64,000 nt of DNA from Cyanophora paradoxa CCMP329 (Eukaryota; Plantae; Glaucophyta): NCBI GenBank assembly GCA_004431415.1, contig QPMI01000632.1:62001-126000 (forward strand), read 5' to 3'. The position numbers and the translations under genes are program-made. Below, in pieces: positions 48,846 through 59,380 of the stretch (positions within the stretch are counted from its first letter, which is position 1; every line of letters starts with the position of its first letter). The notes under the pieces were generated by a model that saw only the letters and a program-made list of their open reading frames with translations, did not search any database and was not told where the DNA came from.

Positions 48846-51800
48846 AGCTGCACTTCGACTACCAGGACTTGTACTGCGGCCCCGCGAGCGGCCCGGAGGT
48901 TTCCTCGGCCCCTCCCGCCCCGCGCCCCGCCCCGGCCGAGCGCCCCGCCGAGCCCGCTGCCTCCGAGGCGCCGGCCACCGGCGCGCCCTCGCTCGGCCAT
49001 GAGGCGCCGGCGGCGGAGGCATCGCTTGCTCGCACCAAGTCTGCCGAGGCGAGCAAGGGCACGGCAAGGGGCGGGGCAGGGGACAGCGCGGGGGCGCGGC
49101 CTCCGAGCCCCCGTCCCCTGCCCCGCAGGCGCCGCCGGAGAGCGGCGCCCCGGCCGGCGAGCCGGCCGCCGCCGCAGCAGCAGCGGAGCAGCCCGAGGCG
49201 AGGCGTTCGGGCCGCGGGCGCCCCTCGGCGCGGGCCGCGGCGGCGTCCGCGCAGGGCGAGGAGGCCGCTCCAGAGGATGCGGCAGAAGCTGCCGCGGAGA
49301 GCGCCGCGGAAGCTGCAGCGAGCCCGGCCGCTCAGCGAAGGGCCAGGGGCGCCGGCCGCGGGCAGGGACGCGGCCCGGCGCGAAGGGCGCGGCGGGGCCG
49401 GGTCCGGAGCCGGAGGCGCTGGAGGCGGAGGCGTCGGAGGCGGAGGCGCCGGGGCCCGAGCCGGAGGCGCCGGGCGCCGAGGCGGAGGCTCCCGGGCCGG
49501 ACGGAGAGGCCGGCGAGGGGGCGGCCGCGGAGGGCGCCGCGGAGGGCGCCGCGGAGGGAGCGAGCCCGGCGGTCCGGGGCCGGGGCAGGGGCAGGGGTGG
49601 CAGCCGGGTACGGGGACGGGGCCGCGGCCGCGGTCGCGGCCGCGGACGAGGCGGCGTCGCGGCGCGACGCGCGGCGGCGCCGGAGGGAGAGGTGGCGGAG
49701 GCGTCGGAGGCAGAGGCGCCGGGGCCGGAGGCGGAGGCCCCGGGGCGGACGCCGAGGCCCCCGGGGCCAAGCGCACCGGGCGCCGCGAGGTGGAGGCCGG
49801 CGCCTCGGCGGCCGCGGCGGAGCTCGTCGCCGCGCCGGCGGAGGCCGCGGCACGCCCCGCGGAGCCGCAGGCAGCGACGCCGGAGCGCGCCGCCGCCGCC
49901 GCCGAACGCCCCAAGCGGTTGTCGGCCCAGAAGTCGCCCCGCCTTTCCCTCGCGGAGAGGGCGCAGCCCAGCCGCCGTCGCCGAGGGCCCAGCCGGCGGC
50001 CGAGCCCGAGCCGTCGAGGGCGGAGGAGGAGGCGGCGGCGGCACCCGTGGCGGCCCCCGCGCCGCCCGTGTCGCCGGGCTCGAACGCCGAGGCGAGCAAG
50101 CCGCCGCGCAAGCGGGCGCGCCCGAGCGCGGAGGAGCTGCCGGAGCCGCCGGCCGCCTCGCCCGAGCCGGCGAAGAAGAAGGCCAAGGCGGAGCCGGAGC
50201 GGGCGGCGCGGGCGGGGGCGGGCGGGCGGGCGCTGCGGGACCGGCCGCCCGTCTCCTACGAGGAAGCCGGCGAGGATGAACTCGGCGAGTCGTCCACGGA
50301 GGAGGAGGAAGAGGGGTCGGAGTCGGAGCACGAGGAAGAGGAGAGGGGGGGCGTCTCCCTCGGTCGCGGAGGGCGCGGAGGCCGTGGCCGCGGCCGTGGG
50401 CGCGGCCGGGGCCGGGGTCGGGGCGCCTCGTTGGGACGGCCCGCGAAGGAGGAGGACGAGGAGGAGGAGAAGGAGGAGGAGGGGGAGGAGGCGACCCCAA
50501 AGCGTGGTCGCGGCCGGGGCCGGGGCCGGGGCCGGGGCCGGGGCCGGCCGAGCTTGTCGTCCTCCGAGAAGGGGGAGGAGGAGGGGGCATCTCCAGCGTC
50601 GCCCGGTCGCGGCCGGGGGCGTGGCCGGGGCCGGGGCAAGGGCAAGGGCCGTGGTCGGGGCCGGGGCGCGGCCGCTGACAGCCTCGCGCTCGTGCCCGGT
50701 CCGCCCCTTGCCCGCGCTCTCATCCCCACATCGCGGTCCGTTGACGGAGGCCGGCCGGCCCGCCCGCAGCGGAGGAGGTGGAGGAGGTGGAGCTGGTGCT
50801 GGAAGAAGAGGAGATCGACGAGGAGGCGGCCGCGCTGCTCGCCGCCGCCAACGAGCGTACCCTCGCGAACCTCGTGCGCCCCGCCTGCTCGCTCGCTCGC
50901 TCGCTCGCTCTCGGACGAGCGGCTCGCCTCGGCCCCGCGTCACGCCCCGCCGCGCCCCCTCCCCGCAGGAGACGATCCGCAACTTCGATCCAATGGCGAC
51001 GTACCCAGTGCGGGCCGCGCTGCCGGCCCCCGCGGCGGCCGCGGCCCCGCTCGCTCTCCCCGCCCCCGGGGACGTGCACGAGGAGGGCTCGAGCGAGGGC
51101 GAAGCGACCTCGCCGCCACGCCCCCCGGGCCCGCACGTCGCCGTCGCCGTCGCCGTCGCCGTCCCCGCCGCCGAGGCTGAGGCGGAGGTTGCGGCTGAGG
51201 CTCCCGCCGCGGAGGCCGAGGCTGCCGAGGCCGAGGCCCCTGCCGTCGAGGCCGAGGCGCAGGCTCCGGCCGCGCAGGCGGAAGCGGAGGCGGCGGAGGC
51301 TTCCGCTGCAGCGGCGGAGGCTCCTGTTGCAGCGGCGGAGGCGGAAGCGGCGCCTGTGCAGCAGGCGGAAGCGCAGGCGGCGGGAGCCGAGGCTCCGGCT
51401 GCGGCCGCGGAGGTGCAGGCTCTGGCCGTGCATGCGGAGGCCGCGGCGGCGGAGGCTCCTGCCGCGCCGGCAGAGGCTGAAGCGGCGGCCGTGCAGCAGG
51501 CAGAAGCGCAGGCGGCGGCGGCGGAGGCCCCTGCGGCGGCAGCAGAGGCGCAGGCTCCGGCTGTGCAGGCGGAGGCCGCGGCGGCGGAGGCCCCTGCCGC
51601 GCCCGCGGAGGCGGAAGCGCCTGCGGCGGCGGCTGCGGAGGCGGCGCGGCCGGCCGAGCAGCGGCCCGCCGCCCCGGAAGCCGTCGTCGAGGCTGCGGCC
51701 GCAGTCACGGCCGCGGAGGCGGAGGAGCGGCAGCCGGAACCGGCTCCGGCTCCGGCTGCGGCTGCAGTCGCCGAGGAAAAGCTGGCGGAGCCACGCGAGG

Positions 51801-54597
51801 CCGAGGAGGCCGCGCCGGCGCCCTCCGCTGCGGCGGCGCCCGAAGCGGCAGAGGCGGCGGAGGTGGCGGCAGAGGCGGGGCGGAGAGAGGACGGGGCGGC
51901 GGCGCTGGCGCCGGCGGAGCCCGAGCTCCCGCCAGCCGCCTCGGCAGCGCCGCCTGAGCCGCATGTGCCGGAGGCGGCGACGACGGAGGCCTCGTCCGCT
52001 GCGGCGCCCGAGGCGGCAGCGTCGGCTGCAGTCGGGGAGCCCATCGACATACTTCTGCTGCGCTTGGACCCGCACAGTTCAGAACCAAAGGAGACGGAGA
52101 CGGTTACTTACGAGATCGTGCGCCTTCCCTCCCCCCCCCCCCCCCCCCCCCTCCTCCTCCTCCTCCCCCCCCTTCTCCTCCCCGCCGCCGCCGCAGCCGC
52201 CGCCGCCGCCTCTCCCCTCTCTCCTCTCGACCCGCTCTGCGCCGATTGAGGCGGACGGGTGGGCCCGCCGTGCAGGGGCTGCTATGCTCGGGGCGGCAGC
52301 TGCGGGCTCACATCACGCACCCCCTCGGTGTGCTGCCCGACGAAACTGTGCTGCGGACCCTTGCCGACTCTCTCAACGAGTGCGGCCCGCCCCGCCCCTG
52401 CTGCGCCGCCCAGAAGCAACGCCTAATCGCCCTGGGCGGCAGCGTGGCTGTGCTGTCGAAGTTCTCGGCTTTGGAGCTCGCGGACTTGGTCAACCGCTTC
52501 CTCGCCCCCCAGGGTTTCGTCCTACCCGACGCCTCAGCCCCGGAGGCCCCGGCCCCGGGCCCGGCCGAGGCCGAGGCGGCGGCCCACCCCGCGGCGCCCG
52601 CCGAGGCGCACGCAGAGCCGGCGTCTGCGGACCAGGCCGAGGCGCCAGCCCCAGCAGAGGCCGAGGCGGCGGCTCATGCCGAGCCGCCCGCCGCTCCCGC
52701 CGCGCCGCCCGCCCGCGCCCTGGAGGAGGAGCTGCCGCCGGCCGCCGCCGCCGACGCGGCCGCCGCCGAGGCAACCGCGCCCGAGGCGGCCCCTGTGGCG
52801 GCCCCGCCCGCGGCGTCGCCCGCCGCCGAAGAAACCGCCCCCGAGGCGGCTCCGGGGGCGCCCGGCGCGGCCCCCGCCGAGGTCTCCGAAGCGGCGGCGG
52901 CGCCGGCTGCAGAGGCCGCGGCCGCCGCCGGAGCCGCCTGGAAGGCGGCCGCCCCGGAGGCCGCCGCGCCGCGCAAGGGCGGCAAGCGCAAGCGCAGGGA
53001 GGCCGCCGCGGAGGCGCCCGAGAAGGCGGGCGCGGAAGCAGCGGCCCCGGCCGAAGCCCAGGCCGCTGCCGTCGCCCCCGTGGCCTCCCCGAGCCCTCGG
53101 CGGCGCCCCCGCCGGCGCCGGCGCCGCCCCACCGCCGCGGGAGCCGCTGCTGCCCCTCGCGAGCCTCATGGTGCCCCGGCCCGACGACGGGGCGAGCCGG
53201 TCTCGCCCCGCTCCCGGCCCCGCCCTCGGCGCCCGACTCCCCCGGCGACTCGCGGCCCGTCTCGCCCCTCGCCGCCCGGGGCTTCCCCGCGGTGCGCCGC
53301 GCCGCGCGCCCCCGCCCCGCCGCGCCGGCCGCGCCTAACGGGGCGCAGGTGGAGGTCTTCGAGAAGGCGCGGGCCCTGGAGGAGGCGGCCAAGGCGCAGG
53401 AGGCCCCCGCCTGCTCGTCGGCGCCGACCGCGGCGCCGCCCTCCGCGGCGCCGCCGCCGCGCGGGGCCTCGCGGAGCGCGCGCTGGCGCCGGTGGTCGCG
53501 CGGGCGCTGAACGCGCGGGCGCCGCACCTGGCGGCGGAGCTGCAGCTCGCGGTGGAGGCCATCCGGCGGCCCCCGAACTTCACGGCCGCCGTCGACGTCG
53601 CCTGCAGGCTCCGCGAGGACGACGCCGCGCAGGGGTACAGCGCCCCCGCCCCCGCCCCGGCCCCGGCTCCGGCCCGGCCCCGGCCGTGGCGCCTACCCCG
53701 GCGCCGGCCCTCGCGGCGCCGGGCCCGCCGGCCCCGCGCCGGCCCGCGCGCCGCGTCCCCGGCCACTGTCCGCTCGGGGGCTCCGTCCCCGCCCCGCGCT
53801 CCTCCCGTCCCCGCCCACGGCACCGCCTCGGCCCGGCCTCGGCGGCCGCCTCGCCGCCGGCAGCGCCGGCGGAGCCCGTCGTCGTGAAGCTCCCCAGGAT
53901 CCCCCGCAAGCCCGGCGCCGCCCTCGGCCCCGGCCCGCCCCGCCGCCCCGCCGCCCCCGCCCCTCCCGCCCCGCCGAGCGGCCCCGGCCGGCGCTTCCCA
54001 GCGGGGCCGCCCGCTCCCGGCCCCTCCCGCGCCGCCCGGCCCAGCAAGGCTGCCCCGCGCGGCTCCGACGCCCCAGCCGGCCCCGCCGGCCCCGCCCTTC
54101 TCCCGCCTCCGATCCTCTCGCTCCCGCGTCGACGCCCCCGCCGGCGCCCCCGCGGCGCTCGGCCAACATCCCCGCGGTCCAGCCCGTTCTCCCGCGGTCC
54201 CTGGCGCACCCCGTGCGCCCGCAGCGGCCCGCCCCCGCCCTGGCGCCCGCCCCGGCGCCGGCGCCCGCCCGCGCCGCCTCCCCGCGCCGGCGGAGGAGGC
54301 GGAGGAGCCGGTGACGCCGCAGCCGCCCTCGCGGAAACGCAAGGGCCGGCCCCAGGAGGCCCCGGGGACGCCGACGAGCGGCGCACCGCCCCGCGCCCTC
54401 GGGCCCCTCCGAGGCCGCCCCCGCCCCCGCCCCTCGCCCTCGCCCTCGGCCCGCCGCCCCGGCCCGCCCCCGCCCCGCCCCCGCCCCCGCCGGTACCGGC
54501 CGGGGGCCTCGAGGAGGTGGCGGCGGACGACCTGTTCGGGGCCGCGTCGCCCTCGCAGGCCGCCGCCTCCAAGAAGGCCCGCAGGCGGTACCAGTAG
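40146..54597 (+). CDS. Very large SET-domain protein with low-complexity Ala/Pro/Glu and RG-rich regions
   Basis: Spliced SET motifs: YGLFARVPLLKGTVFPYGGVV, VDG...GFINDYRSC, FFVVTEDIPAGAELLCDY..FW (41427-42400). Downstream are coiled-coil exons, GRGRGR tracts and AEA repeats. There are apparent frameshifts in GC runs. The region may be more than one gene. Confidence 0.65.
46919..46975 (+). repeat. (GGCGGA)n hexamer repeat
   Basis: About 9 tandem GGCGGA units within the coding region. Confidence 0.9.
51170..51640 (+). repeat. Coding Ala/Glu/Pro-rich imperfect repeats (135-bp / 45-aa period)
   Basis: VQQAEAQA recurs at 51356 and 51491, and AEAPAA units run throughout. Confidence 0.75.
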
Positions 54598-54987
54598 CCG
54601 CGCAGTGGGCCCCCGGGGGGCCTCGGCGGCCGCAGCACGACCCGCGCAGTCTTGTCTCAGCAGCTTAGTTTCTCCAGCAGTACTCTAGCTTTGCTTTCAG
54701 TAAATTCGAAGTTTGGCTCGCGCTTGCGTTGCATTAACGCGCGCGGTCGCCGGGCTAAAACTTATAGTTAGGCGCCGAACCGTTGAACTGACGGCTCCGA
54801 GCTGGGTCGCGGGCCTCGCAAAACCCTGAAATCTAGATCTACTAGGCTAGATCAGGCTAGGGCTTGCCAAGTTGTAAAACAGGGGACCCTTGGCCCTTGG
54901 GCACCGTGGCGGCGTGGCCACGCGGCGCCGGCCGCGGCGGCCGGCCGCCGGGCGCCGGCCCACGTGGACGCCCCTTTCACGAGTCAT

Positions 54988-55148
54988 TCGAACCTATGTG
55001 AGCGTCAGCGTAGCATAGGGCAGTGTATGGCTGCCAAATAAAGGCAGCCTTGCTTACGCACATATGTACAAGGGGCGCACTTACAAGTTATAAGTGCGCC
55101 CCTGGGGTACAAGCCTCAGTCTTGCTTCGCAGCCAAGGCCTCTAAGCT
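54988..55148 (+). repeat. Split direct repeat A1 (161 bp)
   Basis: TCGAACCTATG...TCTAAGCT, identical by eye to 57035-57195. Contains a 13-bp hairpin AGGGGCGCACTTA/TAAGTGCGCCCCT. Confidence 0.95.
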
Positions 55149-55154
55149 GAGGTC

Positions 55155-56242
55155 ATGGCTCGCTCGCGGAGGAGCCCATCGTGGGCCCCTCTGTTCGTAG
55201 TCGTCTTGACCATCATTCTGCTCGTCGCCTGTGCCGAGGCGGCGCAGAAACGCAAGTCAACGGCCACTGGTGCGCGCAAGTCGGCCAAACCCAAGACGGC
55301 GACGACCCCGCGCCCCAGGCCCGGAGGTCGTCATCTCGTCTTCAAGCTCCGGCCAACGACAGTGCGGAGGAGGAGCAGCCTGCACCTCCGCCGACGCGAT
55401 CTCGCAAAGGCAAGGAGAAAGCCGTGTCGCCGGATCCGGACCAGCAGCAGTCCGACCCAGAAGATGAACCTGAGGACGACGTTGCCGTTAGACTGGCACA
55501 GCGTGAGCAGTTCGGTGGCGCCTACGACGAGGAAGAGCAAGTGGCTGCGCGCAACTTTCCGAACTTGGCGCAAGTGGATCCGGGCGCGGCTGGCCCGTCA
55601 ACCGGCTTCACCCGTCACCTTCAAGGCCCTTATGCTGTACCCGCTGGCAACTCGACTGCCCCAACGTCGACCAAACCGGCAGCGGGTGCGCTTCCGCCAG
55701 CGTGGGCTGAGCTACTTCAGCGTGGGATAGATAGCGCGGTCATCAAGCTTCAAGAGCAGCAGCAGCAGCAGCTCGGCGAGCAGCAGAAAGACAACCATGA
55801 GGCTATGCAGCTCAAAAACCCGTGGCTTCGTGAGCTTGCCCTGCAGCTATCGCAGCTTAAGTTTCAGCTCAAGAGATGCTCTTCGTGCACTGCGTGCTAC
55901 GATCACGTAAAGCAGAGCCTCAAAATCCTCGACGAGCTCCGGAAGCGGATCGACATTCGCGACAAGGGCGGCGACAAGCTTGCCGAGCGGCTGGCAGGTG
56001 TGCCAGAGGAGTATCGGGGCACGGCTGCGGCGCTGGCGCACGCGCTCAACATTGCTGGCCCGGAGGCCGCCGGCGGGCGCCCGTATGTGCAGCACGCCAA
56101 CCCGCGGCCCCAGCACCAGGGCCGCGATCGCCCGCCGTCGCAGCGCAACAGCGGGATGTGTTTCCGCTGCAACAAGCCCGGGCATGTCGTGAAGGATTGC
56201 CCGAACGAGCCGCGCCCCGGCTGGCGCGACCCCCCCAAGTAG
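55155..56242 (+). CDS. gag: Gag-like protein with C-terminal zinc knuckle; 5' part in a different frame
   Basis: CFRCNKPGHVVKDC (CX2CX4HX4C) lies near the end of frame 55181-56242. The first ATG after repeat A (55155) is in another frame and needs an intron or a 1-nt shift to join. Confidence 0.8.
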
Positions 56243-56973
56243 ACGTGCGCGCCCTTGTGTGGACGCGCAGTTTTCGTTTCGCATTTCGCTAGATACTAGT
56301 GTTTCGGTGTGTTCTTGCAAGCATAAGTATTGCTAGCATATGCAAGTGCAGTCTTCAGAAGATCTAGAGTGTGCGTGTATGCTTCCCTAAACATGCAATA
56401 CATGTATTATGCTTCAAGGCTTCCATTTCATGTGATGGTGTGGCCGGGTGCGGCATTGTGGCCGGGTGCGGCATAGTCATTACCAGCCGTGGTGGCGCCG
56501 GCGTGCTGTGGCTTTATGCATTGGTCCTGTGTGCATTTGCATGTGTTAACACTGTGAAGTGTGACTGTGAGTGTAGTCTACTTTTCTTTTCAATGCTAGT
56601 GGCATATATTGCCGTCTGGATGACTCCAACCTGGCAGAGCCCAGCTGACTCCCGGCAACTGACCTGTTTCCAGCACAGGTCAGGAGTGCTGCTGGCTGTC
56701 GAGCTCCTGGCCCCTCCGGCCTTCCGTGTGTCGCTATCGCATACTGGGCGCTCTGAAATTAACCTAGTGCATTTTGCAGGTGAGGAGTACACAAGGGTAC
56801 GAAGATTCCATGATGCCAACTGTTCCCGCTGATATCGCAGGTTGGCGCATTCATCCAGAAAGTCCATGCCTGTGCAAATGTGTTGTGGCACTGTGGGTGC
56901 ATTGTGGCACTGTGTGTGCATGTGAGCTCAAGACTTGAACCAACAAGCACATTGACACGCTCACTCTTATATT

Positions 56974-57195
56974 CTTCATGACAAGACATGTTGTGCTTAG
57001 CTTGCTGTAAGCAAGGCTGCCGTGGCAGCCATACTCGAACCTATGTGAGCGTCAGCGTAGCATAGGGCAGTGTATGGCTGCCAAATAAAGGCAGCCTTGC
57101 TTACGCACATATGTACAAGGGGCGCACTTACAAGTTATAAGTGCGCCCCTGGGGTACAAGCCTCAGTCTTGCTTCGCAGCCAAGGCCTCTAAGCT
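56974..57195 (+). repeat. Internal B1|A2 junction
   Basis: CTTCATGACAAG...GGCAGCCATAC (61 bp) directly abuts TCGAACCTATG... (161 bp). Confidence 0.95.
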
Positions 57196-57259
57196 TCTTC
57201 CCGTTCGCGTGTCACCATCTTCAAGCCAGCGGCTGCATGGACCATCAGCTGTAGCAGAG

Positions 57260-59224
57260 ATGGGCACCGCGATAATTGGGCATGTCTGCCAATGCAAGGC
57301 CTCACCTCACTTTGCAGGAGGCTTTGTTGCATCCTGCATTCAAGCTGCAGTCCAACAGTGGAGAGCGATTGGAGCCAATGATGTCGTGCTCAACTGGATC
57401 TTGCGTGGTTTCCCTTTGTCAGGAGCGAGGCGGCTGCCAGCAGAGCGCCGGGCCAACCACAAGTCTGCGGCTGTGGACCATCAGGACTTTGTGAGAACCG
57501 AAATTCAGAAGCTTTTGCGCACGGGAGCGATCAGAGAAGTTGAAGAAGCTCAAGTGAACATTGTCTGCTCACTGTCTGTGGTGCCCAAGAAGACTGGATC
57601 CAAGTTGCGGCTCATCTGGGATGGCCGGCCTACCAATAAAGGCCTTCCGGACATCCCCTTCAAGTATGAGACTCTTGAGCATGTTGCAGCCATGCTGCGC
57701 CAAGGCTGGTACATGTTCACTATTGACCTTGAATCTGGATACCACCACGTGCCAGTCTCGCCGCAAGACTGGCGGAACATGGGCTTTGAGTTTGACAGCA
57801 AATTCTATGTGTACACAGTTTTGCCCTTCGGCCTCAAGCACTCACCGTTTGCATTCGTCAAGATCATGCGACAAGTGGTCAACTACTTCCGCCGCTTTGG
57901 CATCTTCGTGGTGAACTATGTTGACGACTGGTGGTTTGCTGCTCCAACCTACGAGAAGGCCTGTGAATTGCGGGATTTCGTCCTCAAAACATTTGCTGCC
58001 CTCAAGCTTGTGGTCAACAGCAAATCTGAGCTCACCCCAGCACAGTCGGTGGCTTTCTTGGGCTTCATAGTGGACTCCGCCCGCATGTTGTTTGAAGTAC
58101 CCCAAGACAAGCTTGGTCGTCTGCTTGCTTTGATCAAAGGGCTTCTGAAGAAAAAGAAATCAGCATCTGCACGTGAAATGGCCAAGGTCGCCGGCACCCT
58201 TGTGTCCATGGCACGGGGCTTGGCTCCAGCTCGCATCAAGACCAGGTCCCTCTTTCGATACATCAATGTTGTGGCAAGAGAATGGCATTGGAATCATCCA
58301 GTGGAGCTCACCAATGAGACTCGTCGGGAACTTGAGTGGTGGCTGGCCAACATCCACCGATACAATGGCCGCTGCCCTATTCGGCCTGAAAGGCTCCTTG
58401 TGTTGACTACGGATGCAAGCCATGTTGGTGCAGGAGCCTGGATCACTACCCGAATTGGTGATGCTCAACCTGTGGCTTGGGAGCTTGAGCCTGCCCCATT
58501 CCAGTGCCTGTGGAACCAAGAAGAAGCTCAGCAAATTTCGTCGTGGCGCGAGTTAATGGCAGTGCTTCGCGCTATGCAGCACTATCAAGGTTTATTGCGC
58601 AATCAGAACATCTTAGTTCGCTCGGACAACACAGTGACTGTGGCCTACATCAACAATGGTGGCGGAAGACATGAATACCTTTGCCGAGTTGCAGCAGCAA
58701 TTTGGGATATTGCTCTGCTCAATTGCATCAGCATTGAAGCAGAACACATTCCTGGTGTTGACAATGAGTGGTCCGATGCTTTGAGTCGCTACTTTTACCC
58801 CGCCGACTACTCGTTGAAACCTGGATATTTTGCCATGGTCAGTCGGACATTTGGACCTTTTGATATTGATCGTATGGCCTCATCAGCCAACACTCACCTA
58901 AATCGATACTTTTCCATTGATTTGAATGATCGACATGCTGAAGGATATGATTGCTTTACAGCAACCTGGCGTGGTGCTCGTAATTACGTCTTTCCGGACC
59001 CAAATTTCCTCTTGCACCTTGTGTCACATGTCCGCCAGTGTAGGGCCTCGGCAGTTTTTATTGTCCCTCAGTGGCCCTCAGCTCCATGGTGGCCACAGTT
59101 GCAGCTTGCCTTGCGTGCACCTGCAATGGTGCTCGGCCCAGCATATGACGTGTGCTATCGCGGGCCTCGCTCGGCACAGTTACCTTCCTGGATTCTTGTT
59201 GCTCTTTATGTGTCGTGGGAGTAG
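57260..59224 (+). CDS. pol: Pol: reverse transcriptase, RNase H and DNA adenine methyltransferase-like domain
   Basis: RT motifs KLRLIWD, IDLESGYHHV, LPFGL and YVDD. RNase H motifs TDAS, RELMAV, SDN and N..SDALSR. The C-terminal FDIDRMAS..N..RYFS..DCF..W...YVFPD..VPQWPSAPWW is typical of DIRS MT domains. The start is uncertain (frame open from 57209). Confidence 0.92.
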   Translation: MGTAIIGHVCQCKASPHFAGGFVASCIQAAVQQWRAIGANDVVLNWILRGFPLSGARRLPAERRANHKSAAVDHQDFVRTEIQKLLRTGAIREVEEAQVNIVCSLSVVPKKTGSKLRLIWDGRPTNKGLPDIPFKYETLEHVAAMLRQGWYMFTIDLESGYHHVPVSPQDWRNMGFEFDSKFYVYTVLPFGLKHSPFAFVKIMRQVVNYFRRFGIFVVNYVDDWWFAAPTYEKACELRDFVLKTFAALKLVVNSKSELTPAQSVAFLGFIVDSARMLFEVPQDKLGRLLALIKGLLKKKKSASAREMAKVAGTLVSMARGLAPARIKTRSLFRYINVVAREWHWNHPVELTNETRRELEWWLANIHRYNGRCPIRPERLLVLTTDASHVGAGAWITTRIGDAQPVAWELEPAPFQCLWNQEEAQQISSWRELMAVLRAMQHYQGLLRNQNILVRSDNTVTVAYINNGGGRHEYLCRVAAAIWDIALLNCISIEAEHIPGVDNEWSDALSRYFYPADYSLKPGYFAMVSRTFGPFDIDRMASSANTHLNRYFSIDLNDRHAEGYDCFTATWRGARNYVFPDPNFLLHLVSHVRQCRASAVFIVPQWPSAPWWPQLQLALRAPAMVLGPAYDVCYRGPRSAQLPSWILVALYVSWE

Positions 59225-59380
59225 ATTGCAGGCTCTTGCTGCAGAATTCAACTCCTGCTCATCTCTGCTCAGCTTACTTTGTCCAGCAACAGGGATAGAA
59301 AGCTTGAGTGGGGGGCTTTAAAAAGAAGAAGAAGAAATGTAGTCTGACATACCCTTGACTCTGGTGATGCAGGTGCTCGT

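Noticed and set aside
4865-54597. Introner-like (repeated) or non-canonical intron system
   Set aside because: The introns I checked are GT-AG (one GC-AG). Sequence similarity among them is confined to duplicated genes.
57020-57110. Possible hammerhead ribozyme at the B|A junction
   Set aside because: No CUGANGA/GAAA core was found on either strand by eye.
54988-57195. A1/A2 considered as LTRs of a small gag-only LTR element
   Set aside because: There are no TG...CA ends, PBS or PPT. The B repeats and the YR gene explain them as split direct repeats.
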